Of a stretch of 64,000 nucleotides of DNA, positions 55,567 to 64,000 are shown in pieces. A model generated the notes under the pieces. That model did no database searches, was not told where the DNA came from, and saw only the letters and a list, made by a program, of their open reading frames with translations. The first letter of the stretch is position 1. Every line of letters begins with the position of its first letter. The position numbers were made by a program, and so were the translations under genes. Source of the DNA: an uncultured Candidatus Saccharibacteria bacterium (lineage in GTDB: Bacteria; Patescibacteriota; Minisyncoccia; Phycocordibacterales; UBA9973); the NCBI GenBank assembly GCA_964591445.1, contig CAZQAW010000002.1, positions 3,394-67,393 of the forward strand. Reading direction: 5' to 3'.

Positions 55567-58500
55567 TTATTTCTTCACGTTTTCAAGATACTTTGTTGAA
55601 ATGAGGTATAGATCTTCCAAGCTTTTGTTTGGATTTTTATTGAGCCAGACGCGGTTCGCCCGTTCTATATAATGTTCAATAGTTTCTTTGTTTTCTACGT
55701 CAATAGAAAGTTGTGTCGTTTCAGTAAGCTTTTTCATATATGCCCACAAGCGATTGAGTTCTCCGTTTGGAGAATCGTGAATAGTTTTTTCAGTCATTTT
55801 AAATAGGTTTGCCGCAGATTCACCCTTTACCTCTTTCCACATTGTACTCTTGCTGAGATCATCAACTTTAAATATCTTTTCATAGATATCTGCTGTTTGA
55901 ACTTCCGGAGAAGCAGCTGCTGGTTGTGGTATGTTTTCCGCTGGAGTATTTCCTTGTACTGGCGGAGTGTCTTCTGGCGCCGGAGCACTGTTTTGTGGAG
56001 GAGGGGTGCCTGTATCAAGATCGTCAGCGCCACTTTGGAAGAAGTCTTGTTTCTGAGAGCCCTGGAAGTTTCCCCGGCTTTTATTGTTCTGATTCCATGC
56101 TTCTTCTTTTATTTGAGAAGTATTATTACCTCCGTTATTGCCCTTGTCCCAAGCTTCTTCTTGTATGGTTTGTCTATCAGCTCCTCCTCTATTGCCTTGA
56201 TTCCACGCTTCTTCTTGGATAGAGCTTGCCGGAGTACTTGTTCCATCTGTTACCCCTCGAAGTTTGCGCGCGCCTTCGACAATATCGCTTCTGTGGAAAT
56301 CAGTAATTTTCTCTTTTGTAATATCGTCATGTCCGTGAATACCTGTTGCAAATTCTTTGCCGTCTGCTCCGATTGCTTTTTCTATATCGTCTGCGTGAGC
56401 GATCTTGAGCCATGTATCTGTTTTGATATTGCTGAGCTCTCCCGTTGCGCCGCCGAGCTTATTTCCCTTCCAAAGTTCTTCAGAATGTTTTTCAAGAACG
56501 TTCATCAAGTTGTTGAACTTTGTGTGGTCTACAATTTTGAGAATTCCTGTTGACTTATCAAATGAGAATGAATCTTTGAATGCGCTCGTGCTTGCGCCGA
56601 GAACGTTCCTGCCTTCTGAAAGTTTGACCAAATTTGCCGCAACGTTCAAGCTCTTTGCGCCAATTTCTTCGTTCAACAAGTCGTTCGGTACTTGCATATG
56701 GTCCATGGCGATCTCGTGAAATACTCGTTCAAGTTGCACAGGTACTCCGTTTTTACCAAGTATGACAGAAAAGTCTTGGGTAATGCCGCGTTCAACCAAA
56801 GCTTCTCCTGTTTTTTGAGTTATTGTGCCGTCCGGATTGTGCACCCCGTCTTTTGTTCGTAGATATTCCGCCGCACCCTTGTCTACGCCGGCTTCGGAGT
56901 ATTGGTGAAAGTCTGGCGCGGTCGGAGTTCCCGGCATGTCGATTTTTTCAGCAGAACTGAACATGTCTTTAATGCTGTCTCCGTATTCGTTCCACAAATG
57001 ACGTGCGCCGAAACCGAGTCCTCCGAAGATGAGACCTGTCGTTGCACCTTTCAACATAGACAATTTCACTAAAGACTTCGCTGCTTGTTCGCTTTGCTCT
57101 TTAGTAAGATTTTCTTGTTTCATTCTTTCCGCAATAACACCTGCAAACTTTGTTTCAAATTTTTCTGTTAATGCTTTGAGAGCTGCGGCATCCTTGCCTT
57201 TCAAATCTCCATATTGTGCAAGTGGAGATGCCATAAGAAGTGCATATCCTTTGTTCATCGCAGTTTGCATTGCGTATTTGTTTGTAAATTGCTGGTGTGG
57301 CTGTCCAAAGTCAATGACATTTTCGTCGAGCTCTTTTTGAGCAATAGCGAGACGGTTTGCGAGAAAACCTTGTCGAAGAGCGAATACTTCTTTGGCTGAT
57401 GCATATTCTTCTGTAAGTTCTTTTTTATCTTCTTCGCTTGCAGTTGCAAGAGCTTGTTCGAGTCCAAGCATGCGGTTTTGTGCAGATTCAAAACTTTTCC
57501 ATGCAATACTTACCTTTCCAGTAAGACCGCCGCTCATCTCTCTTTTTACCCCTGTGCTTGTATTTGTAATAATCTTCTTTTCATCGAAAGCTTTAAATTT
57601 TGAAAGCAGTTTTTCTTTGAGTTCTTCTTCTTTCAGTTTGCCGGTGTATTTATTCCATGCTGTGTCTTTTACTTTTTCGTCTCGAATACCCGCTCGAGCT
57701 TTTACCAATGTTTCGCGCACATTTTCTTTGCCTTTAAAATATCCGCGAAGTGCGCCAAGTGCTGGGGCAATTACAAGTCCGGCCCAGTTGAGTACCCCAA
57801 TTGTCTCAGCTCCACCACGAACAGTGTAGCCTGTCACAAACGACAAGCTTGGCAACATTCCTTTCTTTGTTACAACTCCAAGTTGTGCGCCGGCCGCTGC
57901 AGCCTGCATCGCATCCGGATCTTTGGCGATACGCTGGTTAAAGTCGATGTTGGCATCGATCATGCGCAAGTAGTCAGTCGCTTTTTGTTGATCGTTCCCA
58001 AATTTTGCAAGAAGGAGCGAACTTATTTTTTCTCGTTGCTTGTTGTATTTTTCTTCCGCTGCGTCGAAGTCTGATTTTTTGTGGAAGTCGGCAAATCTTC
58101 CGGACATGAATTTGTCTAGCTTGCTGCTCTCGTCGAGTCCCCATTCGCTCGGCATGTCGCCAAAGTTTGTTGCTTGCCGGTTGAAGGCTTCAACTATTTT
58201 TTTCTCTTCAGGCGTCAAGTTCTCAAGTCCGTGCGCGTATTCGATGTTAAGCTGCCCTGTTTCAGAGTCTTTAACTGCGCCGAGTCCGGTATTTTTGACG
58301 CTTTCAAAAATAGCTTTTGCGTATTTGCCGTAGCGTTTGAAGCCTTCCTTATAAACAAGCGTTTTTGCTTTTTCTTTGTTTGCTTCTGTGAAACCAGCTT
58401 TGAAAAGCTTTTTCCAGCCAAGAAATCCTTTCCCTTCTTTTTCATAGATTTCTTTTGCCGCTTCTTCTACCAAATCTACCCGTACTTGCCGCAAGTTGTG

Positions 58501-59112
58501 AAGCACCATGTTCTGCAAACTTTCGTTCATTTCAGAAAAACCCGGCAGCTCCTTCATTGGATCAAAGCCGAATTCGATACGGAATGTGTCTCCCATTTTA
58601 CGGCTCTCTTTTTCTTTTTTCTTATTTGCTATTTCTTGATCCGCTCGGCGTTTTGTTTCCCATTCAGGTACCACTGGGCCGATAAAATTTTTGGATCCTT
58701 TTTCTCTTAACTCTCTTATCTCGACAGTTTCTGCTGGCCATTTTTCCCGGATGATATCGTTTATCTCGGCGGTCTTGTTTGCAAAGATATCTTTTTCTGC
58801 AGGATCAAGATCTGTGTGGTCTTTCACTTTTTGCGCGATGAGTTCGAGGCGGTATGCCGATACTTCTCCAGTATTGAGGAATTTCTGATATTCTGCTTTG
58901 GAAATGACAATATTAGAAGCGTTGTGTTCAGCTTTTGCCTTAGCCAATGTTTCGGCAAGTTCTGTTGCTTCTTTATTGACTTTTTTATGAGCTTCATTTC
59001 TCTTTTTTTCTGCGTGCATTACAATATTTTCCTCATTCATAAGGCGTGCTTTCTTCTTGCGCAGTTCCTCTTTTGACGGGAGGCTTATTGCTCCTTCAAG
59101 TTCATTTGACAT
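55567..59112 (-). CDS. Very large hypothetical protein (coiled coils, two glycine-rich hydrophobic segments)
   Basis: About 1180 aa; GLVIAPALGALRG and GATTGLIFGGLGFG; three I(Q/K)EEAW repeats. Confidence 0.7.
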   Translation of the reverse strand: MSNELEGAISLPSKEELRKKKARLMNEENIVMHAEKKRNEAHKKVNKEATELAETLAKAKAEHNASNIVISKAEYQKFLNTGEVSAYRLELIAQKVKDHTDLDPAEKDIFANKTAEINDIIREKWPAETVEIRELREKGSKNFIGPVVPEWETKRRADQEIANKKKEKESRKMGDTFRIEFGFDPMKELPGFSEMNESLQNMVLHNLRQVRVDLVEEAAKEIYEKEGKGFLGWKKLFKAGFTEANKEKAKTLVYKEGFKRYGKYAKAIFESVKNTGLGAVKDSETGQLNIEYAHGLENLTPEEKKIVEAFNRQATNFGDMPSEWGLDESSKLDKFMSGRFADFHKKSDFDAAEEKYNKQREKISSLLLAKFGNDQQKATDYLRMIDANIDFNQRIAKDPDAMQAAAAGAQLGVVTKKGMLPSLSFVTGYTVRGGAETIGVLNWAGLVIAPALGALRGYFKGKENVRETLVKARAGIRDEKVKDTAWNKYTGKLKEEELKEKLLSKFKAFDEKKIITNTSTGVKREMSGGLTGKVSIAWKSFESAQNRMLGLEQALATASEEDKKELTEEYASAKEVFALRQGFLANRLAIAQKELDENVIDFGQPHQQFTNKYAMQTAMNKGYALLMASPLAQYGDLKGKDAAALKALTEKFETKFAGVIAERMKQENLTKEQSEQAAKSLVKLSMLKGATTGLIFGGLGFGARHLWNEYGDSIKDMFSSAEKIDMPGTPTAPDFHQYSEAGVDKGAAEYLRTKDGVHNPDGTITQKTGEALVERGITQDFSVILGKNGVPVQLERVFHEIAMDHMQVPNDLLNEEIGAKSLNVAANLVKLSEGRNVLGASTSAFKDSFSFDKSTGILKIVDHTKFNNLMNVLEKHSEELWKGNKLGGATGELSNIKTDTWLKIAHADDIEKAIGADGKEFATGIHGHDDITKEKITDFHRSDIVEGARKLRGVTDGTSTPASSIQEEAWNQGNRGGADRQTIQEEAWDKGNNGGNNTSQIKEEAWNQNNKSRGNFQGSQKQDFFQSGADDLDTGTPPPQNSAPAPEDTPPVQGNTPAENIPQPAAASPEVQTADIYEKIFKVDDLSKSTMWKEVKGESAANLFKMTEKTIHDSPNGELNRLWAYMKKLTETTQLSIDVENKETIEHYIERANRVWLNKNPNKSLEDLYLISTKYLENVKK

Positions 59113-59153
59113 ATATGTAGTATACCTTAAATTGTATAAAGTTATGCGGTACT

Positions 59154-61823
59154 TCACAACTTCTTTTCTATTGTCGAATATATTTTTTGAGCAACTTCAA
59201 GCTTGTCAGTCAGGATTGTATATTCTTTGTTATTCTCACCTTTTTGCAATTTATGCATGCGTCGTGCGTATTCTATTGCATCTCGTTCTTTTCCGACATC
59301 ACGCAGGTCCTGAACAGTATAGGTCTTCTTGTTTATTTCTTCAATGCGTTCTTCTACGAGTTTTTTGTTCTGAATTAGTTCTTCATCATTGAGCCATTTA
59401 AGCTGTGTTTTGTTAGGAGCTTCGTATTTTACAAGCGACTCGGTTGCTTTGACTGGTGCTGTTGAAAGAGGTACGGTTGAGCGAATCTCTCGCGCCTTTG
59501 CCATGGTTGTTGCAAGTTCGGCATTCTCTTCTTCTTGAGCAATTTCACGCTCCATTTTCTCTATTGCTTCAATCTCGTCTCGGATCGCCTTTAAATGTAT
59601 TTCATTTATTTTTGCGTCTTGGTCGAGGATTTCCGCTTCACGCATCTTCTCTTTCACTTTCTTTTCCAGATCTTCGATCTTCTCTTCAAGCTGCACACGC
59701 GCTTTTTCTTTCTGATACGCCTGAGCCTTTTCGCTCAGGACTTTTATTTTTGGAGCGTATGTATTGAGCTTAGTATCTTTGTTGAGAAGTCCGCAGATCT
59801 CGAGAAACTTTTCTTTTGTCAGTTTGTCTCTGCCCTTTGCATCTTTGCCAGGAAGTACCATTACTCCACGAACTAGTTTTGCGCCAGGGACTATTTTGCG
59901 GATTTCTTTAATAATCGGGCGCAGATCTTTTGTTGTGGAGTTGATGAAGAAAGAATTATTTCCTTTGCTGTAGGTTGCAAAAGTATCATAGCCTTTTGCT
60001 TTTGCGGCCAAGTACCCTTCTTTAAGATAATTGCCGGGAATTTTTTCACCCTTTGCATTTGTTTCGTCGTCCATTGTTGCAAAAACAGTTTTACCGAGTA
60101 CTGCACTTTCTGTTAGGATGCCTTGCTTCTTCATTTCCTCGGCTGCAACATCAAGATATTTCATTGAATCTGCCGCATGGTTTCCACGTAAGGTAATGAG
60201 TTCTCTGATTGAAACTTTCTTCTCAACATACTTGCCGCTTTTCTTGTCTTTGACTCGGATTTCTGTAAACACAGTATCGAACTCCTCGTCTTTGAACGGT
60301 TGTTTCGGATCGCGCCCTTCTTTGATAAGTTCTATTACTTTTTGGTACGGCAAATAAGAATAAAGTGCTTCAAGACTTTTTGGCCACTCGGCTTGGAAGA
60401 ACGGTGGTTTGAAATTTTTACTATCCGCATAAGATAAATTATCCACTTCATTTGTGAATTTCCCGAGTTTTTCCATCCACGGCTCAACTTCGTAAGCTTT
60501 AGCTTCGTTCATAATTCTAAGAACTATGTCTCCAGCCGAAGTTCGCGTATCATCAGTTTCCTTGTGATGATCAGCAAAAGCCATGACCAATTCGCCATCT
60601 TTTTCGATAGAAAGAGTACGCCGTCCAGTGTCGATGTGTAACACGAAACTTCCTTTTTTAAGAGGTTCTTCTATTTCGACTCCGTTTTTCGTTGCTGGAC
60701 GTGTAAGTTTTGATTTCTCACCTTTCATTACGAACTCTGTGTCCGCTCCGGAGTTATAAATAGTGGAAGCTCCGCGTTCTCCTTTTCTGCGTTGCTTGAA
60801 TTCTTGTCCGTAGTTGAGGAAGTACAAAGCGATCTGTGTGTCAAAGTCGAGCATTGCGGTTTTTACTGGTTCTTGCTCGCCAGTATCTGGGTTTTCTTCG
60901 TAGCGCGGTTCACCGTGTACTACCACGCGGTCGATGCCGTGTTCCTGCATATATTTCGCTATCTCTTGTATAGTTGCCTGCTGTGCAACTTCTTTGCTAT
61001 TTTTTGTTTCGTACTCGCCTTCCTTTAAGGCTTCTTTGAATTCTTCTTTTGTATATATCTTTTCACCAAGACGTGTTTCGAGCTTTACTTGCTTAGTTTT
61101 TTTATCAAACCCGATCACTTTTGCTTCTGCGCCCATGAAGCTAAACACGTCACCTTTTTTCATAGTCTTGATTGTTTCGTCTGCTTGGCGGCCGCGAAGC
61201 TCTTTTGCAAGCTCTTCGTCGCTCAAACCTGCTGGTCTATTTATTTTTGGTGTGGGTGCTTTTGGGGTAGTCATGGATTTTTTAGTGCTTTTAGATCTGG
61301 CTACTTTTGGTTTGGTTTCTGCCGCTATTTTGGCATCAGGTTCTTCGTCTTTCGTATCGTCTGTAAATTCATAGGTAGCTGTTGGCGGTTCGGGGATAGC
61401 GGGAGGTCCCGGTATTTCCTCTGGGGGTTCTTTGTTTTCGATTGCGGGCTCGGCTGGTGCTGGTACTTCCGGTGTTTCTTCGACAGCAGCCACCTTTTCT
61501 TCTTCGGGCTTAAAAATATCTTCTAGTTCTTTCCGGCTCTGTACTATTGTATCTATCCAGAACTGTTCGGTTTTCTCAGATATCTGAGTTTCTGGCCTTA
61601 ATGTTCTTGAGAAGGTGCTTATAAGGTTGTGAGCCGCTTCTTCTTCCCCAGCCAGAACTCTTTCAATGAACATTTTTACTACCCCGTCAACTCGTGATGC
61701 ATGTTTTTCTTTCCTCGCCTCTATGATTGCGTCGTCTGAGTTTATAAACTCAGCAAGTTCTTTTATTTTTTGAGTAAGCCGTACCTCTTGTTGCTTTAAA
61801 TGGTCCGCATTCTCAATAGACAT
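59154..61823 (-). CDS. Large protein with a central DHH-phosphoesterase-like domain
   Basis: VVVHG...LDFD...LHID...FADHH...TSAG...VDN in DHH motif order; coiled-coil flanks. Confidence 0.65.
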   Translation of the reverse strand: MSIENADHLKQQEVRLTQKIKELAEFINSDDAIIEARKEKHASRVDGVVKMFIERVLAGEEEAAHNLISTFSRTLRPETQISEKTEQFWIDTIVQSRKELEDIFKPEEEKVAAVEETPEVPAPAEPAIENKEPPEEIPGPPAIPEPPTATYEFTDDTKDEEPDAKIAAETKPKVARSKSTKKSMTTPKAPTPKINRPAGLSDEELAKELRGRQADETIKTMKKGDVFSFMGAEAKVIGFDKKTKQVKLETRLGEKIYTKEEFKEALKEGEYETKNSKEVAQQATIQEIAKYMQEHGIDRVVVHGEPRYEENPDTGEQEPVKTAMLDFDTQIALYFLNYGQEFKQRRKGERGASTIYNSGADTEFVMKGEKSKLTRPATKNGVEIEEPLKKGSFVLHIDTGRRTLSIEKDGELVMAFADHHKETDDTRTSAGDIVLRIMNEAKAYEVEPWMEKLGKFTNEVDNLSYADSKNFKPPFFQAEWPKSLEALYSYLPYQKVIELIKEGRDPKQPFKDEEFDTVFTEIRVKDKKSGKYVEKKVSIRELITLRGNHAADSMKYLDVAAEEMKKQGILTESAVLGKTVFATMDDETNAKGEKIPGNYLKEGYLAAKAKGYDTFATYSKGNNSFFINSTTKDLRPIIKEIRKIVPGAKLVRGVMVLPGKDAKGRDKLTKEKFLEICGLLNKDTKLNTYAPKIKVLSEKAQAYQKEKARVQLEEKIEDLEKKVKEKMREAEILDQDAKINEIHLKAIRDEIEAIEKMEREIAQEEENAELATTMAKAREIRSTVPLSTAPVKATESLVKYEAPNKTQLKWLNDEELIQNKKLVEERIEEINKKTYTVQDLRDVGKERDAIEYARRMHKLQKGENNKEYTILTDKLEVAQKIYSTIEKKL

Positions 61824-62012
61824 ACTAGTAGTATACCCCCTTGACACCATATTTTTATGGGGAAATCTTAATCCACACTTTTTCCACATGGCCATTGACT
61901 TTGGTCGGCGGGTCGGCTACCATTTAAAGTACCTCTGAATGGCAGACTTTTCCCAAAGTCCTTATAATATAAGGGTTTTTACGGGGAAACAGCAGAAAAG
62001 CCTTATAAAATC

Positions 62013-63170
62013 GTGAATTTACAACCCTCACAAGACTCTCCTGGTCCCGAACGATTAGCATCGGTTGGTCCAAAGACGAAAAAAGCCTTATTTTACAAGG
62101 GTACATATGCCCAAGCTTCTTTTTTGTTGCTTGCGACTTTTGCCCTCGTTTTCCCTCCGATGGTCTCTCAGGCTAGTCTTTTCTCATATATTGTGGGAGA
62201 AAAAGCAGATGCGGCTGACCAAGCTATAGTAAAAAATGCTCCTAACTCCCAAACTATCGCTCTTTTGGAAGCAAGCCCTCGCATTGACCCTCTTTCGACA
62301 GAGTCAAATGACACTACTATATATAACAGCTCGGCCCTTGCTCCGGAAACTGGCCCGCTTGGTACGGTTGCCGATGTGGCGCTCGCTCCCGAGACAGATC
62401 AGATCAGCCTTTACGTCGTAAAATCTGGCGACACTATTTCTTCTATTGCCAAAATGTTCGGCGTGAGTACAAGTACGATCCGCTGGGCGAACGACCTTGC
62501 TTCCGGACAAAGTGTTGCTGAAGGCGCTGTTCTCACTATCCTCCCTATTTCCGGCGTTGAACATACCATTACCAAAAACGACACTTTGAAGAAAATCGCC
62601 GCACGATATGGCGCAGATATGGATGACGTTGCGTCTTTCAATGGTATTACCGAAGACACCGTGCTTGAAATCGGTTCGACTATTATTGTGCCAGACGGCG
62701 AAGTTGCTCCGGTAGAAACCAAGACAGTGAAACCGACTAAAACTGCCGACACAAAGGCCAAGAAACTTGCGACTGCAAAAGTGTTGCAAGCGAATTTGCC
62801 TACAGTTGAAGGCTTCATCCGGCCGATCATCGGTGGACGCAAGTCTCAAGGTTTGCACGACAGATACGCCATCGACTTGGCTGCGCCGATCGGAACTCCG
62901 ATCATGGCTTCAGCTGGAGGAACTGTGCTTCTTGCAAAAATGGGTTACAACGGCGGCTATGGAAACTATGTTGTTGTTAAACACGACAATGGAACACAAA
63001 CTTTGTACGCGCACATGAGCAAGATCGGCACAACTGCCGGCGCGACTGTACAACAAGGCGAAGTGATCGGCTACGTAGGTTCAACAGGACGTTCAACTGG
63101 TCCGCACGTCCATTTCGAAGTTCGAGGTGCTAAAAATCCTGGAGTTACTCCTGGAGTTTGGGAAAGATAA
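62013..63170 (+). CDS. LysM x2 plus M23 peptidoglycan endopeptidase
   Basis: YVVKSGDTISSIAKMFGVS, H...AIDLAAP.GTPI, YAHM, GSTGRSTGPHVHFEV. Confidence 0.93.
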   Translation: MNLQPSQDSPGPERLASVGPKTKKALFYKGTYAQASFLLLATFALVFPPMVSQASLFSYIVGEKADAADQAIVKNAPNSQTIALLEASPRIDPLSTESNDTTIYNSSALAPETGPLGTVADVALAPETDQISLYVVKSGDTISSIAKMFGVSTSTIRWANDLASGQSVAEGAVLTILPISGVEHTITKNDTLKKIAARYGADMDDVASFNGITEDTVLEIGSTIIVPDGEVAPVETKTVKPTKTADTKAKKLATAKVLQANLPTVEGFIRPIIGGRKSQGLHDRYAIDLAAPIGTPIMASAGGTVLLAKMGYNGGYGNYVVVKHDNGTQTLYAHMSKIGTTAGATVQQGEVIGYVGSTGRSTGPHVHFEVRGAKNPGVTPGVWER

Positions 63171-63194
63171 AAAAGCGCAGTGATGCGCTTTTTT
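63169..63194 (+). terminator. Intrinsic terminator
   Basis: AAAAAGCGCA-gtga-TGCGCTTTTTT. Confidence 0.8.
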
Positions 63195-63197
63195 AAT

Positions 63198-63314
63198 ACC
63201 AAAACAATAAAACAAACATTCTGAAAGCAAGCTATAATTTTCTGCTGAAAATTTAGCCTGCTCGGCTCGACAGCCTCCGCAAGGCTTTCATAATATTTGT
63301 TTTATTGTTTTGGT
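63198..63314 (-). repeat. Conserved-core element with locus-specific inverted arms (family D, copy 3)
   Basis: Minus-strand core CTTGCGGAGGCTGTCGAGCCGAGCAGGCTAAATTTTCAGCAGAAAATTATAGCTT; 31-bp arms (2 mismatches), one overlapping the comM stop. Confidence 0.85.
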
Positions 63315-64000
63315 CGATATTGCAACGCTTCCAAAACATGCTGTGTGGTTACATTTTCGCTTTCTGCCAAGTCTGCAATGGTGCGCGCGAGTTTGATGAC
63401 TCGGTGGTATGCTCGCGCAGACAGCCCGAGTTTTTCGGCTGTCGTATTTAAAAGTTTTTTCGTTTCTTCGGAGAGCGGAACATAACTTGCGAGGTCTCGT
63501 GTATTCATCTCTGTATTTGTGGTGATGCTACGCGGATGATTTTTAAATCTTTTTCTCTGTATTGCTCTTGCGCGTTCGACGCGTTTTTTTATTTCAGCAC
63601 TTCCTTCGCCTTCTCGTGTCGTAGTGCTCAACTTTTCATAATCCACTTCGCCGACGTGCGTCCAAATATCGACGCGGTCCATGATCGGCCCGGAAATTTT
63701 TCTTTGGTATCGCGCAATATCATTTTGTCGACAGACGCATTCTTTGTGAAGCGCGCCGCGGTTGCCGCATGGACACGGGTTCATCGCTGCGACCAAAATA
63801 AATCTTGATGGAAAAACGACCGAACCTTTGGCGCGAGAAACAGTGACCACTTTGTCTTCCAAAGGTTGTCGCAAACTTTCAATCACACGTTTTTCAAATT
63901 CTGGAAATTCATCGAGAAACAAAACTCCATGATGTGCGAGCGTGACTTCGCCAGGTTTTGGAAAGGTGCCACCGCCAATCATCGAAACGTACGATGCGGT
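63302..64000 (-). CDS. comM: YifB/ComM Mg-chelatase-like AAA+ ATPase (5' part outside the window)
   Basis: PGEVTLAHHGVLFLDEFPEF, LRQPLE, AAMNPCPCG, ISGPIMDRVD, LSARAYHRVIKLARTIADL. Confidence 0.93.
   Translation of the reverse strand, partial: TASYVSMIGGGTFPKPGEVTLAHHGVLFLDEFPEFEKRVIESLRQPLEDKVVTVSRAKGSVVFPSRFILVAAMNPCPCGNRGALHKECVCRQNDIARYQRKISGPIMDRVDIWTHVGEVDYEKLSTTTREGEGSAEIKKRVERARAIQRKRFKNHPRSITTNTEMNTRDLASYVPLSEETKKLLNTTAEKLGLSARAYHRVIKLARTIADLAESENVTTQHVLEALQYRPKQ

Noticed and set aside
16314-63314. Family D or family A repeats as a CRISPR array
   Set aside because: Copies are dispersed tens of kb apart, there is no repeat-spacer periodicity, and no cas genes are in the window.
1-64000. 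UGA recoding (code 25, as in Gracilibacteria/Absconditabacteria)
   Set aside because: Conserved genes are full length under code 11, and TGA ends genes such as rnpA.

Overview
This is a 64-kb chromosomal window around the replication origin of a small-genome bacterium. The gene inventory points to Patescibacteria/CPR, probably Parcubacteria, using genetic code 11. It holds the dnaN-dnaA-oriC-rpmH-rnpA-yidD-yidC-jag block; repair and replication genes (ruvA/B/C/X, mutM, polA, holA-like, pcrA/uvrD, comM); translation genes (tyrS, rpsT, rsmA, tsaE, a TrmH-family methylase); three tRNAs (Ser-TGA, Arg-GCG, Lys-TTT); type IV pilus genes (pilB, pilM-like); an ECF sigma module; and the CPR type IV secretion-like cluster (VirB4, PrgI, VirB6-like, pilin fusion). 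The most unusual signals are: (1) three copies of a conserved ~55-nt core, each flanked by a different 27-31 bp inverted repeat, one arm of which can be host coding sequence; (2) GC-rich palindromic mini-elements sitting in frame inside tsaE, rsmA, trmH and ruvX; (3) two ORF-poor loci with nearly identical promoters next to DnaA-like boxes, one folding like 6S RNA; (4) AT-rich orphan genes with their own promoter style, including a protein with a Bacteroidota-like RNA polymerase alpha-CTD; (5) a -10 box 6-8 nt upstream of many start codons, suggesting leaderless transcription. All calls come from reading the sequence by eye; no searches were run.
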